From Hypanus sabinus (Eukaryota), in the NCBI RefSeq assembly GCF_030144855.1, contig NC_082730.1, positions 2,604,001 through 2,668,000 of the forward strand: DNA of 64,000 bases, written 5' to 3'. The position numbers were made by a program, and so were the translations under genes. Shown here piece after piece: positions 63,301 to 64,000 of the stretch. Position 1 is the stretch's first letter. Every line of letters begins with the position of its first letter. The notes beneath the pieces are model-generated. The model was given only the letters and a program-made list of their open reading frames with translations. It was not told where the DNA came from and made no database searches.

Positions 63301-64000
63301 GGTGATTGGAAAGGGGACTGACAGTAATGGGTGTGTGTGAGAGGTGATTGGAAAGGGGTAAGATGGTAATGGGTGTGTGTGAGAGGTGATTGGAAAGGGG
63401 ACTGATGGTATGGTGTGTGTGAGAGGTGATTGGAAAGGGGACTGACAGTAATGGGTGTGTGTGAGAGGTGATTGGAAAGGGGACTGACAGTAATGGGTGT
63501 GTGAGAGAGGTTATTGGAAAGGGGACTGACAGTAATGGGTGTGTGTGAGAGGTGATTGGAAAGGGGACTGATGGTAATGGGTGTGAGAGGTGATTGGAAA
63601 GGGGACTGACAGTAATGGGTGTGTGTGAGAGGTGATTGGAAAGGGGACTGATGGTAATGGGTGTGAGAGGTGATTGGAAAGGGGACTGACAGTAATGGGT
63701 GTGTGTGAGAGGTGATTGGAAAGGGGACTGACGGGAATGGGTGTGTGTGAGAGGTGATTGGAAATGGGACTGACCGTAATGGGTGTGTGTGAGAGGTGAT
63801 TGGAAAGGGGACTGATGGTAATGGGTGGGTGAGAGGTGATTGGAAAGGGGACTGATGGTAATGGGTGTGTGTGAGAGATGATTGGAAAGGGGACTGACAA
63901 TAATGGGTGTGTGTGAGAGGTGATTGGAAAGGGGACTGATGGTAATGGGTGTGTGTGAGAGGTGATTGGAAAGGGGACTGACAGTAATGGGTGTGTGTGA
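57336..64000. repeat. G-rich minisatellite, ~38-44 bp unit, >6.6 kb, with higher-order structure
   Basis: Consensus GAGAGGTGATTGGAAAGGGGACTGA(T/C)(G/A)GTAATGGGTGTGTGT (42 bp) and a 40 bp variant ...GACGGCATGGTGTGTGT; continues past the window end. Confidence 0.98.

Noticed and set aside
57221-63900. Very long minus-strand ORFs (up to 1370 aa) rich in H/S/P/T, superficially mucin-like
   Set aside because: They arise because the reverse complement of the repeat unit lacks stop codons. They overlap in all three frames, shift frame with (GT)n length and are antisense to the local gene; the + strand has stops in nearly every unit.
57336-64000. CRISPR-like regular array
   Set aside because: No unique spacers, only few-base variants of one unit; eukaryotic context and no cas genes.

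Overview
Eukaryotic genomic DNA, most likely from a cartilaginous fish such as a ray or shark. That assignment is an inference from the CR1/Rex1/V-SINE/Penelope repeat content. There are no prokaryotic features, rRNA, tRNA or CRISPR array, and there are two N gaps. Roughly 80% of the window is nested, decayed transposons. These include a Gmr1-like LTR element with integrase before RT, a PNMA-gag Gypsy element, a class I endogenous retrovirus with pol, env and 3' LTR, a full-length L1 with target-site duplication (TSD), and many CR1, Rex1 and RTE fragments. A solo LTR and Penelope pieces carrying minimal hammerhead ribozyme cores are also present. The host gene is a + strand Ig-superfamily cell-surface receptor of CD2/SLAM/CEACAM type. 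Its signal-peptide exon (19255-19300) is separated by a 28.9 kb transposon-filled intron from three tandem, phase-1 symmetric V-domain exons lacking the canonical disulfide (48198-48518, 50645-50947, 52648-52950). Two deletion-truncated V exons follow, then a >6.6 kb G-rich ~42 bp minisatellite. A paralogous first-V exon with a premature stop lies at 668-988. The best candidate for something undescribed is this multi-V receptor, which appears to be gaining and losing domains, together with a possible GPI-type tail exon at 53591-53727. All calls were made by eye; no searches were run.
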